Source: a phage. Taken from it: 64,000 nt of DNA. Position numbers and translations under genes: made by a program. Below are positions 7,395-16,724 of the stretch, one piece after another. The DNA lies in assembly GCA_012343875.1 (NCBI GenBank), contig GCA_012343875.1_3924.1; one strand, written 5' to 3'. The stretch's first letter is position 1. Each line of letters opens with the position of its first letter. The notes under the pieces are model-generated. The model made no database searches. It was not told where the DNA came from and saw only the letters and a list, made by a program, of their open reading frames with translations.

Positions 7395-8086
7395 TGTTTA
7401 ACTAGCATGGTTTTAATGTGTGGAAGGATTCTGTTTACCTTCTGAACGTTCTTCTCTGTATCTTCTATAAAGCATACTATATTAAAGTAAGGCAGAATGC
7501 AAGACTGAATCATCCTCACTTTCAAACTTTCTGCACTTAGAGAGTTAGTTCCAAAACCACGCATAAAAAGTATGTAATCATGCTCTATATTGTGCCTCAA
7601 GAACATCTCAGTAGGTATTCTCTGAGTTTCACCTCTTGCTGTCAAGAGTCCGATGGCAGCATGATTAGCAATTGCATCAATAATACTAAAAACATACGTT
7701 GGTTTTGCTCTTACAGAGTCAAGGAGATTAGTATACTGTGAGAATGACCCATCAGTCAATTCCGTTGAGCAATCTTCGTGATTAAAATTTGTAAGAACAC
7801 CATCAATATCTGCTAAGATGAGGTTACCTTTTTCTACAAGGTCTTTATTGACTATGACTAAACTGTCACGTCTTACACCTATAGACTTCCCAGTCTCTTT
7901 GTCCACAACGTTCACAATTGGTTCTGATGTGTGAAACTCTTCAAGTGAACATACAACTTCTCTTGCAGTGTCTTCAAAATCCCTGCACTGTTCTGGAGTC
8001 CATACACAGGAATCAAGACCTAACTCATGAGGGTGCAAGTCGTAAGCGTGGCACAGGACTTCATCAGACTTTCTTAATTTTTTCAT
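7391..8086 (-). CDS. HAD-superfamily hydrolase-like protein (possible nucleotidase/phosphatase)
   Basis: ILADIDGVLTN resembles HAD motif I (DxDGV); IGLLTARGE and IEDTEKN fit downstream HAD motifs. Confidence 0.4.
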   Translation of the reverse strand: MKKLRKSDEVLCHAYDLHPHELGLDSCVWTPEQCRDFEDTAREVVCSLEEFHTSEPIVNVVDKETGKSIGVRRDSLVIVNKDLVEKGNLILADIDGVLTNFNHEDCSTELTDGSFSQYTNLLDSVRAKPTYVFSIIDAIANHAAIGLLTARGETQRIPTEMFLRHNIEHDYILFMRGFGTNSLSAESLKVRMIQSCILPYFNIVCFIEDTEKNVQKVNRILPHIKTMLVKH

Positions 8087-8612
8087 GATTTACCTTAGAA
8101 ATGTTTGTTGCAAATTCACATTGAGCAATAACTTTCATATTGTTATAGACATCTTGAGAGTATTTCTTAGCTTTAGGGATTTTGTACGAATACCCAGCAT
8201 TATACGATGCTAAAACTTTTTGTAAAGTCTTCTTTGACTTCGGGTGACCATGTACCTTAGTCCAAAACTCAAGCTCTTTATGCGTCTCTTTTGCTGCATA
8301 GTCAAAATCTTTTAAGAGTTTCTTTTTAGCCACATTAGGACTAATTTTGTTACGCTTTACAACAGTCTTCAAGTGATTCTGGAAAATACCATAGTCGTGG
8401 GTCTTTTTATTCTCTACCTTCAGACCTAACTCTGACTCTTGTAAGGCTATAGCTGCTAGAGTAATACCCCAGCCTTTCCCCATATTATTCTCACCATACT
8501 GGTAAGCTTTTAACATGTTTACTTTTTGGCTAATTGATAGCTCTGGGCAGTCAACTGCATAAGATAAGTGTGCTGTAAACATTAAGCACAAGCCTAGAAT
8601 CAATTTCTTCAT
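8064..8612 (-). CDS. secreted lytic transglycosylase (SLT-domain), candidate endolysin
   Basis: N-terminal signal peptide MKKLILGLCLMFTAHLSYA; catalytic signature LQESELG .. YGIFQ. Confidence 0.55.
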   Translation of the reverse strand: MKKLILGLCLMFTAHLSYAVDCPELSISQKVNMLKAYQYGENNMGKGWGITLAAIALQESELGLKVENKKTHDYGIFQNHLKTVVKRNKISPNVAKKKLLKDFDYAAKETHKELEFWTKVHGHPKSKKTLQKVLASYNAGYSYKIPKAKKYSQDVYNNMKVIAQCEFATNISKVNHEKIKKV

Positions 8613-8671
8613 TGGTTCTCCTGTTTAGTTTATTGTGACAACAATTATACAGCACTCTGCACAAAATACAA

Positions 8672-8699
8672 ATAAAAAAGGCCGCCGAAGCAGCCTTTT
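8672..8699 (-). terminator. terminator-like hairpin with flanking A/T runs
   Basis: AAAAAAGGCCGCCGAAGCAGCCTTTT, downstream of the rIIB-like gene. Confidence 0.45.
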
Positions 8700-8712
8700 A
8701 AGAAATTACTTA

Positions 8713-9822
8713 TTAGATTTCGCGTTTGCGTTGAGAGATGAGTTCCCCAGCAGTACCAACGATGACATGCAGAGCTTCAGTCTTGCCATCCCACGCTTTC
8801 AGTACTTTACGTTGATTATCAACGATTGCTGCAACTTCATAACGGGATGAACGCATCTTCATATCATTGTAATCAGTCGGAACAGATACAACATCTCGTG
8901 GATGGACACGAACCTTCAGGATTGTATCACCTGAGAAGCAACGAACATAATCCCAAGCACCAACGTGAAGACCTTGAGAGCAAGTCACGTTACGGTTATT
9001 ATCAACCATCCAACGTGGCATTTCTACAATGTTACCCAAATCATTAGGTACTCTGTAGGTGTGGGAGTCAACCAGCTTGCCTTCACGAGTAGATACTTTC
9101 TTCCAACCAATGATGTAACCTTCTTCATCAATTTCAACATCAAGGTGAGATACGAAGCCCCAAAGTTGTTCTACAGAGTCTTTAGATGGGTTTTCCATCA
9201 GTTTTTCGAAGAACATTACAAGTCGTTCAAAGCCTTTATCACCAGTCTTCATCATGTGAAGAATACGGTCAACCAGAGTAGAACGCATCTCAACAGCACC
9301 GTAGAATAGCTTATCACCTTTGATTGTGATAGCACCCTGAGTGAAGTTTTCGATAGACTTACGAATGTTCATCAGTTCAAAGGCTTTCTTGAACTCACCT
9401 TTCACAACATGAACTACAATCTCTTGATAGTTCGGATGAGTAGACTCAACAATTTCAGATTCTGAACCGTAAGTCATAATTACAGAGTCACCAGTAATCA
9501 TGTACTCAATCTTGTCATCTTTCTGCATAGCTTCATGTAGTTTATTTACCGGAGCTTTCTGTACAGACTCTTTAACAGCCTTTTCAACTGGTTTGCCAGC
9601 TTTCTTTTTAAAAGTCTTAGCAACTTGTTTCAAAGTCTTCGTAGCTGGTGTAGAAGTCGCCTTCTTATTACCTTTTAAGGTTGCTTCATGACGCTCTACA
9701 GCACGACCAACTGAACGGGTTGAAGTATTGAACTTCTGTGCAATAGCTGTTTTAGTCAGCTTACCTTCTTTAACCAGTTTGTAAATTTCTGCGTCAATCT
9801 GTGCTTTAGTTTTAGTAGTCAT
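8713..9822 (-). CDS. rIIB: rIIB-like protein
   Basis: Segments RSTLVDRIL and VHPRDVVSVPTDYNDMKMR match conserved blocks I recall from T4 rIIB; sits immediately downstream of rIIA-like gene. Confidence 0.65.
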   Translation of the reverse strand: MTTKTKAQIDAEIYKLVKEGKLTKTAIAQKFNTSTRSVGRAVERHEATLKGNKKATSTPATKTLKQVAKTFKKKAGKPVEKAVKESVQKAPVNKLHEAMQKDDKIEYMITGDSVIMTYGSESEIVESTHPNYQEIVVHVVKGEFKKAFELMNIRKSIENFTQGAITIKGDKLFYGAVEMRSTLVDRILHMMKTGDKGFERLVMFFEKLMENPSKDSVEQLWGFVSHLDVEIDEEGYIIGWKKVSTREGKLVDSHTYRVPNDLGNIVEMPRWMVDNNRNVTCSQGLHVGAWDYVRCFSGDTILKVRVHPRDVVSVPTDYNDMKMRSSRYEVAAIVDNQRKVLKAWDGKTEALHVIVGTAGELISQRKREI

Positions 9823-9901
9823 CTTAATACTCTCTCTTGTTAGTTAATAAATCATTTTGTAAGGCTATTCTAAGGGGCTTTGAAGCCCCTTGTCAAACAC
9901 T

Positions 9902-12268
9902 TTAATCGTAAACTGTTGTACCTTCTGGAACACATTTTACATCAAAGCCTAAGAACTTACTCACTTCGATGGGTGACACTTTATTCCAATCTAAATGAGA
10001 AAGCAAGAAGTTTTCTTGTTTTCTTTTTGAAAGGTAGTTTGTCACCTTAATGACCATGCGGTCACCAGCTTTCTTAATTTTCTTGTACAGTTTTGTATCA
10101 TTGTCAAGGCATTCTTTCAAAGTTTGCAATCTACTAATAGTGTAAGTGTATGCAAACGGTGCGGCAACGTATTGGATTTTACCAAACATAGCCTCTACAG
10201 CCTCTTCATTACCTTCTAGGAAGATAGTTTTGCTAGTATCTCGTGAATAGCAATAGCCACGAGAAATCTTCCTGTTATTGAATGTAAAGTTTCTGGCAAT
10301 AATCCAACTGCTTGTAAGGTCAAGAACACCATTCATGTAGATGCGTGTCATATACCTGTTATGATTAATCCAATGAACATCAGTTAAGCTGTCGTTCAAG
10401 AGTTTCTCATCTACTTCAATCCAGTCTTCTGGTATCTTTTTCCAATTTGCTTTTCGGAAAACATAGACTGTCTTACCTGTAACATTAGCAACTGACTTAG
10501 CTACATCTTCTGGAGATGAGCAAAAACATTCACCATCAACTGTGTCACCGACTGCCTTAATGTAAAGCTGAGGTTCTTCAATTGTATCAAAGTCCTCTGA
10601 AACCTCTTTATAGGAAGCTACACCTTCTGCTGGAACAGCTTTCCAGAGTTTTACAACACCCCTTACAGCTTCTTTACGCTGGTAATGGTGTTCCTTATCA
10701 GACATCTTCACAATCTTTAACAAGCTTTTATCAAGTTTGTGCAGATTGATTAAGTCATCTAGCTCTTTCTCTGTAGAGAATACAAAGACAATACCATTGT
10801 ATCTGTGAAACAGATTTGACTCACTGGCGTAGTCTCGACATGCACCACGCAAAATTTGATTGCGTCCTACAGTCTTCTCAGTACCGTTTTTATTGCGACG
10901 GTCATTAATCACGAACAAAAACTGTTCAATTTGGCTTTTACGCATTGCACCAAAGATATTGAACATACTTGCCTCTTGAGTGTAGGAAAGTGCTGTTGCA
11001 CGAATCTTACTCTCTAAAGAGTTGAACTTGACATAAGCAACTGGGTCATAAAGATAATCTACTTTAGGGATATTGTTCCCGTTCCTATCAACCTTAATAT
11101 TGCCTTTACCGTCACGTTCATAAATGACTGAGCCGTCTTCTGCGTAGATAATTCCACGACGAATGTTTAACAATTCTTCTTCCAGAGAATCAAGCTTAAC
11201 GCCTCCCCACTCTAGCTTTGGACACACAGCATTAAACATCTCTCGTGAGTTCAAACGTAACTCTGCATAAGCCTGTGCAGCATCCATGAGTGTAGGTTGG
11301 CTATTAACTTTCTTGATAACATCCTTTGTAATTGCTTCAGTTATCTTTTTGGTAGCCTCGATGATAACATTTTTTGTCGTATCATTCATCTGCAATGCTT
11401 CACGAGAAGCTGCTATAGCAACTGAACCAATAGGCATGTAGATGTTTACAAGGTCTACGCTCCTACGGAAAAACTCTGGCAAGACTTTGAAGAAATCATC
11501 ACCAAGTAATGCTTCCATGTTCACTGGATAGGCAATATTACCCATCACCACATTAAACTCTGTCCTGTTACCACTAGAACGCCAGCTTTGCTTATGAATC
11601 ATGGCATCATAAACACCTTCTTCACGGGCAATGACGTTCATATCTGCTAATACATCGTCGTACTCAATATTACTTTCTGGTTTTACAGTGAAGTATGAGT
11701 ACACATTTCCAGCTTCTTCAAAGAACTTTGAGATACGGTGGTCAGCAACTGCCACACGTACAGCTAAACCATTTGGTTCTTTTGTTGGGTTAGTGGTCAG
11801 ATTAGTTACTTGAGGGATACCATTCTCAAGATAAACAGAGTACTTATTAACAACACCACCAACATAGCTAGATACTGTGAATGACTGAGCAATTGCAAAT
11901 GGGGATTTTGAGCCGATACCCATTGCACCAATGTAGTCATTAGAGTCATTCTTCGTAGAAGCCCCGTAGTTTAGGTACAAAGTCATAACTTTATCATGAG
12001 TCAATCCAGTTCCAAAATCACGAACTTCAAAGTAAGGCTCAAAACGAGTAGGTAAATGCACATGGAACGGGATGTTCTCTTTTCCAGCTTCTTTCTGAGC
12101 ATCTACTGCGTTACATGACAGTTCACGAATCACTGCCCTTTCTTTAAAGGTATATACACCAGAACTCAAAAGGCTGAACATCTCAGGTGTCATTGTAATC
12201 TGTGCTTGAGACGTCTCTAAAGAAGTTGAACTCTTAATCACTTCTGCGTGGTCATTTACCATGCGCAT
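9902..12268 (-). CDS. rIIA: rIIA-like protein (GHKL/Bergerat-fold ATPase N-terminal domain)
   Basis: AVIRELSCNAVDAQ and GAMGIGSKSPFA match the histidine-kinase-like ATPase motifs of T4 rIIA as I recall them. Confidence 0.7.
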   Translation of the reverse strand: MRMVNDHAEVIKSSTSLETSQAQITMTPEMFSLLSSGVYTFKERAVIRELSCNAVDAQKEAGKENIPFHVHLPTRFEPYFEVRDFGTGLTHDKVMTLYLNYGASTKNDSNDYIGAMGIGSKSPFAIAQSFTVSSYVGGVVNKYSVYLENGIPQVTNLTTNPTKEPNGLAVRVAVADHRISKFFEEAGNVYSYFTVKPESNIEYDDVLADMNVIAREEGVYDAMIHKQSWRSSGNRTEFNVVMGNIAYPVNMEALLGDDFFKVLPEFFRRSVDLVNIYMPIGSVAIAASREALQMNDTTKNVIIEATKKITEAITKDVIKKVNSQPTLMDAAQAYAELRLNSREMFNAVCPKLEWGGVKLDSLEEELLNIRRGIIYAEDGSVIYERDGKGNIKVDRNGNNIPKVDYLYDPVAYVKFNSLESKIRATALSYTQEASMFNIFGAMRKSQIEQFLFVINDRRNKNGTEKTVGRNQILRGACRDYASESNLFHRYNGIVFVFSTEKELDDLINLHKLDKSLLKIVKMSDKEHHYQRKEAVRGVVKLWKAVPAEGVASYKEVSEDFDTIEEPQLYIKAVGDTVDGECFCSSPEDVAKSVANVTGKTVYVFRKANWKKIPEDWIEVDEKLLNDSLTDVHWINHNRYMTRIYMNGVLDLTSSWIIARNFTFNNRKISRGYCYSRDTSKTIFLEGNEEAVEAMFGKIQYVAAPFAYTYTISRLQTLKECLDNDTKLYKKIKKAGDRMVIKVTNYLSKRKQENFLLSHLDWNKVSPIEVSKFLGFDVKCVPEGTTVYD

Positions 12269-12296
12269 AATACTTTCCTCTTAGTTTACTGTTAAA

Positions 12297-12473
12297 TTAC
12301 TTATTAAACATTTTACCAGAACCACCACACATAGGGCAACAACCTGCTCTTGTATACCCTTCTCCATTACAGTAGTCACACTTCTTGTGTTCTGCAAAGT
12401 ACTTACAAAGAAGGTAAACAAGTACTGCTACACTACCAAGTGACAGTAAAATTTCTACCCAATATGCTTGCAT
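12297..12473 (-). CDS. small membrane Cys-rich protein (58 aa), not in ORF track
   Basis: ATG at 12473-12471 with GAGGTG RBS; product MQAYWVEILLSLGSVAVLVYLLCKYFAEHKKCDYCNGEGYTRAGCCPMCGGSGKMFNK (TM helix + CxxC..CCPMCGG). Confidence 0.35.
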   Translation of the reverse strand: MQAYWVEILLSLGSVAVLVYLLCKYFAEHKKCDYCNGEGYTRAGCCPMCGGSGKMFNK

Positions 12474-12790
12474 GACTCACCTCTCATGTTTTTGTAAAGG
12501 ATAAAGCTTCTGTCATGGACGATACTTGTAGATACTGCAAAGTTACTTTCAAGCATCTGTTTGTTTGGATTGTAGAAGCTTTCTTTAAACTCGTCAAGTG
12601 CAAATTGGTGATTGTCTGGAAGACCTTTTACACACACCTTTATTGTGATTGCTGCTGCAATCTTCCCAGTCAGTTCTTCTTTAGCTGCTACTAAGATTTT
12701 GTTGAGGAACTTATGACCATTTTCAGGCTTCTTGATGTTCTCCCAACGCTCTTCTAAGACAATGTTGATGTTCATCTCTTTGATTTTCAT
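12455..12790 (-). CDS. hypothetical protein (111 aa)
   Basis: Co-directional ORF directly downstream of the promoter-hairpin-RBS element at 12806-12860. Confidence 0.4.
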   Translation of the reverse strand: MKIKEMNINIVLEERWENIKKPENGHKFLNKILVAAKEELTGKIAAAITIKVCVKGLPDNHQFALDEFKESFYNPNKQMLESNFAVSTSIVHDRSFILYKNMRGESCKHIG

Positions 12791-12805
12791 AATTTTCTCC
12801 AGAAA

Positions 12806-12828
12806 TTAAAAAGGCTCCCGTAGGAGCC
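12806..12828 (-). terminator. intrinsic terminator-like hairpin GGCTCC-UACG-GGAGCC + U-tract
   Basis: Minus strand: GGCTCCTACGGGAGCC TTTTTAATTT, downstream of the NAMPT-like gene. Confidence 0.55.
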
Positions 12829-12832
12829 TATT

Positions 12833-12860
12833 ATCATATACTTTTAAAGCTGCTTGTCAA
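12833..12860 (-). promoter_or_regulatory. sigma70-like promoter abutting the hairpin (TTGACA - 16 nt - TATGAT)
   Basis: -35 at 12855-12860, -10 at 12833-12838 on the minus strand. Confidence 0.4.
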
Positions 12861-14625
12861 TATTATTTCGAATATCGCCAAGAGTTGTGTAGCCGAACTG
12901 CTCAGAGTCGCTAAAGACTAAACGTAAAGCACAAGCTGGATGCTCAAGTGCATCTGCAAAACTCTGGAATCCATAGCCATCTACAGCTTTCAGATTCTCA
13001 CCATCCCACATAGGGGCTACACCACCAAAAGCAGACTTCTTAATACCACTATCTGTTTTAGGGTCTTTTGCAAGCATAATCTCTTTACCACCAATGCTTG
13101 CAAGAGTTGCTTTGACAGCAAATGCAAAGGTGTCACGAGTCATGTACTGGTAAGTGTAAGAACCTACACCAAACACTACGTTAGAGCTTGCAAAACCCAT
13201 TTCATACAAACGCTTCAGGATTTCGTTTGCACGTTCCAGCGTGATAGAGTCACCATAGATAAGGCCAATGTGCTCATCCAGTACCTTAAACCCTTTAGAG
13301 TTGATAGTTCCTCCAAAGATGTTATACAAGGTCTTAATGGCCCCATCAATCTCTGCTACAGGACGTGTTACAACGTTTGCAGAACCAACCATATAGGCGT
13401 TTTTCAACATCACTGTATCAGCAACTTCAAAGTCTTCTCTGTCAACAACCATTTCGTAGCCTTCTGACAGTAGCCATCCAGCAATACCATAGTTGATGTT
13501 TTCAAGCTTCATGTTCAGAACAGCATTCAACATTGTGTCACTGGCTTCCAGCTTGATTAGGTGCTCGTAATAAGCCTTCTTAGCACATTCTAAGTGGATT
13601 GCTTTATAACCTGTGACAATATGTACAGGGTCTCCAGAGTCAGGACGAATTACCAGTTTGCCATCACGTTCCATAATTTCTTTACGAAGTGCTGGTAAGA
13701 TTTCTGACACAGTTCTCCAGAAGTTATAAGTGTCTGAAACAACACTTGCAATACCAGTTGGGTAAGTTTCTGTTAAGAAACGACGGAAGGTTTGTAACTC
13801 ACCTTTAAAGCGTCTTTCTTCTTCAATCAACTCATTACCACCTTCCCAAGCAATGTTTGCACACATTACAGAGTGCTCAGTGGCTGGTACAGAACTACCA
13901 ATATCAGAAATTGGGTAAGACTGTCCATAGATGCGTTTAGCCGTGTATACAGCAGGGAAACTATCAGTTCCTTTAAAGCTGGTTAAGTGACCTACAGCAT
14001 TAAATGCGTCATCGGTAAAGCCGGACATACCACGCATAGCAAAGTCATGGCACTGATAAGGTAAATGTAAGTCGTTGTCGCAAGTAAGGTCAGCCCACTT
14101 CTTACAGATGCGTTTATAATGCAATGCAATAGTTGCAATGGTACAAGCCTTCCAAATCTCAGCAGAGAAAGCATCTTCCAGATACCCTGCTACCCAATGG
14201 AAACCTGAAACAGTGTTCTGGAAGACAATCATTGGGACACGCATAGGGACAACTGTACCTTCTTCTACAGCGTATACTTCAACTGGTAGATAACCTAAGT
14301 CATGAAGTGCTTCCCAATGCTCTCGACCGATAGCATCTTTACCCAGAACACCATTCATGACTTCTAAGATTTCATCAATGGCTTCTTTTTTATCACGTTC
14401 AAAGAAAGTGGCGTTCCAGTGGTCTATCAAGTAATCTTTAACGAAACGTTGAATACCAAAAGCTACTACACCATCAATTACTAAGGGGCTGTTAAACCAT
14501 TTGTCACTACGTGGTGTCAGGTTGAACATCAAGTACTCTGTTGCACTAGGGTACTGGTAAACATGACCAGATTTGTAAGCATCTGCGTTTAAACCTGCTG
14601 GTACTGCATAAAGTGATTTAGTCAT
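12844..14625 (-). CDS. nicotinamide phosphoribosyltransferase family protein (NadV/NAMPT-like; candidate nicotinamide ADP-ribose transferase)
   Basis: N-terminal DAYKSGHVYQYP .. YLMFNLTPRS matches the NAMPT-family signature as I recall it; 593 aa is longer than a typical NadV. Confidence 0.8.
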   Translation of the reverse strand: MTKSLYAVPAGLNADAYKSGHVYQYPSATEYLMFNLTPRSDKWFNSPLVIDGVVAFGIQRFVKDYLIDHWNATFFERDKKEAIDEILEVMNGVLGKDAIGREHWEALHDLGYLPVEVYAVEEGTVVPMRVPMIVFQNTVSGFHWVAGYLEDAFSAEIWKACTIATIALHYKRICKKWADLTCDNDLHLPYQCHDFAMRGMSGFTDDAFNAVGHLTSFKGTDSFPAVYTAKRIYGQSYPISDIGSSVPATEHSVMCANIAWEGGNELIEEERRFKGELQTFRRFLTETYPTGIASVVSDTYNFWRTVSEILPALRKEIMERDGKLVIRPDSGDPVHIVTGYKAIHLECAKKAYYEHLIKLEASDTMLNAVLNMKLENINYGIAGWLLSEGYEMVVDREDFEVADTVMLKNAYMVGSANVVTRPVAEIDGAIKTLYNIFGGTINSKGFKVLDEHIGLIYGDSITLERANEILKRLYEMGFASSNVVFGVGSYTYQYMTRDTFAFAVKATLASIGGKEIMLAKDPKTDSGIKKSAFGGVAPMWDGENLKAVDGYGFQSFADALEHPACALRLVFSDSEQFGYTTLGDIRNNIDKQL

Positions 14626-14670
14626 CTTTTAATCTCTCTCAAAATGGGGCTTTTAAGCCCCTATAAACTT

Positions 14671-15567
14671 TCAATCAAGGTTTGCTACAGTAACTTGACT
14701 GTAATGTGTTAAGCCACGGTCTTTAGCTTCGCCTAAAGAGTTTGTAGTGTAGATGTGGTCAATGCCATTGTCAAGAAGGTTTTCAACATCTTTAGAGAAG
14801 ATACCATGTGTTACATAGAGTTCCACACGTTTTGCACCTGCTTCACGAAGATGTTTCGCTGCTTCTATGAAGGTTCGCCCACCATCACAGATATCATCCA
14901 GAATCATGACGGTTTTATCTGTCAAATCAACATCATCAAGGATTCGCATACCAGTAATTTCACCAGTCTTAAGGTTACGCACTTTAGACATTGTGATGTA
15001 TGGTTTATCCACCTCTTTAGCAGTCTCTGCAATCTTCTTAGCAGCACCTGCATCTGGGGCTACTAAGTAATCAATCAGTGGGTCATTTGCATAGTGGACT
15101 GCAATTTCCTTTTGAGGAATACTCTGGAAGCAGTTAAACAGGTTATCTGGTACATAGCTGTGAGGGTCAACTGCACAGACTGCGCCAAACCCCATTGCAT
15201 TAATTTGTTTAGCAAAAACCTTTAAAGCTGCTGCGTCACCTTTAAACATGTGACGGTCATAACGTGCATTTGGTAAGTAGTAAAAGATGACAGTCTTTAA
15301 AGCATAATCATGAGGAATTAAATCATCAATTGCTTCTTTAGCAAGTGCCACAGCAAACAAAGTGTCCTTATCATAACCTTTTACAATCATAATCACATTG
15401 TTGATGGATGATGCTGCATAAGCAGTAAAATCAACAAACTCTGGCGAAAAGTGTCCACCAATCTCACCAGAAGGGAATTGGACGATGTTAAACTCTTCTT
15501 CATGAGTCCCTTTAGTTGGTGAATGAACTGTAACACGGATAGATGTTTTCATAGTTTTCTCTCTCAA
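14671..15567 (-). CDS. ribose-phosphate pyrophosphokinase family protein (Prs-like; candidate ADP-ribose pyrophosphokinase)
   Basis: PRPP-binding loop ILDDICDGGRT, VAPDAGA and YVTHGIF motifs typical of the Prs family. Confidence 0.8.
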   Translation of the reverse strand: MREKTMKTSIRVTVHSPTKGTHEEEFNIVQFPSGEIGGHFSPEFVDFTAYAASSINNVIMIVKGYDKDTLFAVALAKEAIDDLIPHDYALKTVIFYYLPNARYDRHMFKGDAAALKVFAKQINAMGFGAVCAVDPHSYVPDNLFNCFQSIPQKEIAVHYANDPLIDYLVAPDAGAAKKIAETAKEVDKPYITMSKVRNLKTGEITGMRILDDVDLTDKTVMILDDICDGGRTFIEAAKHLREAGAKRVELYVTHGIFSKDVENLLDNGIDHIYTTNSLGEAKDRGLTHYSQVTVANLD

Positions 15568-15842
15568 TCAAAAGTTACGTTTGTTACTGCCATTGCAGAT
15601 TTGCATTTTGCAGGGTCTACAACGTGATAAAGTACACTACAGTTACCTGTGCTGTCTGGTACAGGCTTTACCCATTGCTGCTTTATAGTTGGCTCTCCTA
15701 AGTCTTTGTAAGAGCCATCTGTAAAGTTGTTTACCATCTCAAGTGCAATTGGTTCTGGAACATGACCACGTATCATGTACATCTCACAACCATTACCACC
15801 TTCACTGACTAATGGTAAAATTTCCCACTTTTCTTTAGCCAT
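15564..15842 (-). CDS. hypothetical protein (92 aa)
   Basis: Co-directional ORF overlapping the Prs-like start by 4 nt (translationally coupled). Confidence 0.4.
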   Translation of the reverse strand: MAKEKWEILPLVSEGGNGCEMYMIRGHVPEPIALEMVNNFTDGSYKDLGEPTIKQQWVKPVPDSTGNCSVLYHVVDPAKCKSAMAVTNVTFD

Positions 15843-16350
15843 TATAAGTTGCCCTATAAACTGTCTCGAACTTCAACAGGAGAGATATTGCCAAAGCTGT
15901 ATAGTTGTTGTCAAGCACGTCTGGCATATTATTTTTGATATATTTCTCTTGCTCTTCATAGGTCATCTTAGGAATACTTAGGAGGCTATCTCCTTGCTTC
16001 TGGTTATCAGCTTTAGTTTGGATAAACCAGTTCGCACAGTGATGTTCACCACCTTTTGTAACAGGTTTGTGGTGGCCTAGTGTAAATGTTTGCTTACCCG
16101 TATACCTGCAAAGATTGTTCAGTGTTGCAATGGTGTTCTTCACAACACACCATTCATACAGGTTATCTATTGTGTAGTGTGGGTAATAACGGACAAGCGC
16201 TCTTTCACGGAAGTTATCACGATTCCAAAGAACCATGTGATTAGAATTTGAAGGGTCATATTTGTGGGAGTCTATAAATTCTTGACGCTCATCAAAGCTG
16301 AGTCTTAGAACTGACATTGCAACCGAACGTTTCAGGTTTGACAGATACAT
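15835..16350 (-). CDS. hypothetical protein with HNH-like motif
   Basis: GHHKPVTKGGEHHCANWF..N resembles the HHxPxxxGG..N core of HNH nucleases (weak, by eye). Confidence 0.35.
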   Translation of the reverse strand: MYLSNLKRSVAMSVLRLSFDERQEFIDSHKYDPSNSNHMVLWNRDNFRERALVRYYPHYTIDNLYEWCVVKNTIATLNNLCRYTGKQTFTLGHHKPVTKGGEHHCANWFIQTKADNQKQGDSLLSIPKMTYEEQEKYIKNNMPDVLDNNYTALAISLLLKFETVYRATYNG

Positions 16351-16362
16351 TTTACCTCCAAA

Positions 16363-16388
16363 ATAAAAAGGGAACCTTTACAGTTCCC
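16363..16388 (-). terminator. intrinsic terminator-like hairpin GGGAAC..GTTCCC + U-tract
   Basis: Minus strand: GGGAACTGTAAAGGTTCCC TTTTTATTTT. Confidence 0.5.
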
Positions 16389-16401
16389 CTATAGTATCTG
16401 T

Positions 16402-16722
16402 TTACTGAGCTACTTTCAAGAGGCTTGTGAATGGAATCTCACTCTCATCCATAAGCTCTTTTGCTTTTCCAGTAACTTTTACAAAGTTATCTAGGCAGAT
16501 AATCTTCTTATCTTTCTTGCTGTAGGTCAGTTTCACCTTTTCAATATCTTTCTTAGAGCTTTCCTCTTCATTAAAGAGCTTCACAGCTTCTTTGAATGGA
16601 AGGTATGAGCCATCATCATCACTAATAAAACCTGTGCCGCAATAGTAGAAGTTATATTCTTTAGCCATAAACTGGCACAGTACGAAAATCTGTAATTTGC
16701 GAGTGTTATAAACTTTGCTCAT
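16402..16722 (-). CDS. hypothetical protein (106 aa)
   Basis: Co-directional ORF. Confidence 0.4.
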   Translation of the reverse strand: MSKVYNTRKLQIFVLCQFMAKEYNFYYCGTGFISDDDGSYLPFKEAVKLFNEEESSKKDIEKVKLTYSKKDKKIICLDNFVKVTGKAKELMDESEIPFTSLLKVAQ

Positions 16723-16724
16723 GA

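Noticed and set aside
12940-13467. 175-aa plus-strand ORF antisense to the NAMPT-like gene
   Set aside because: Fully nested antisense to a well-supported gene; Cys/Phe-rich translation typical of a reverse-frame artefact.
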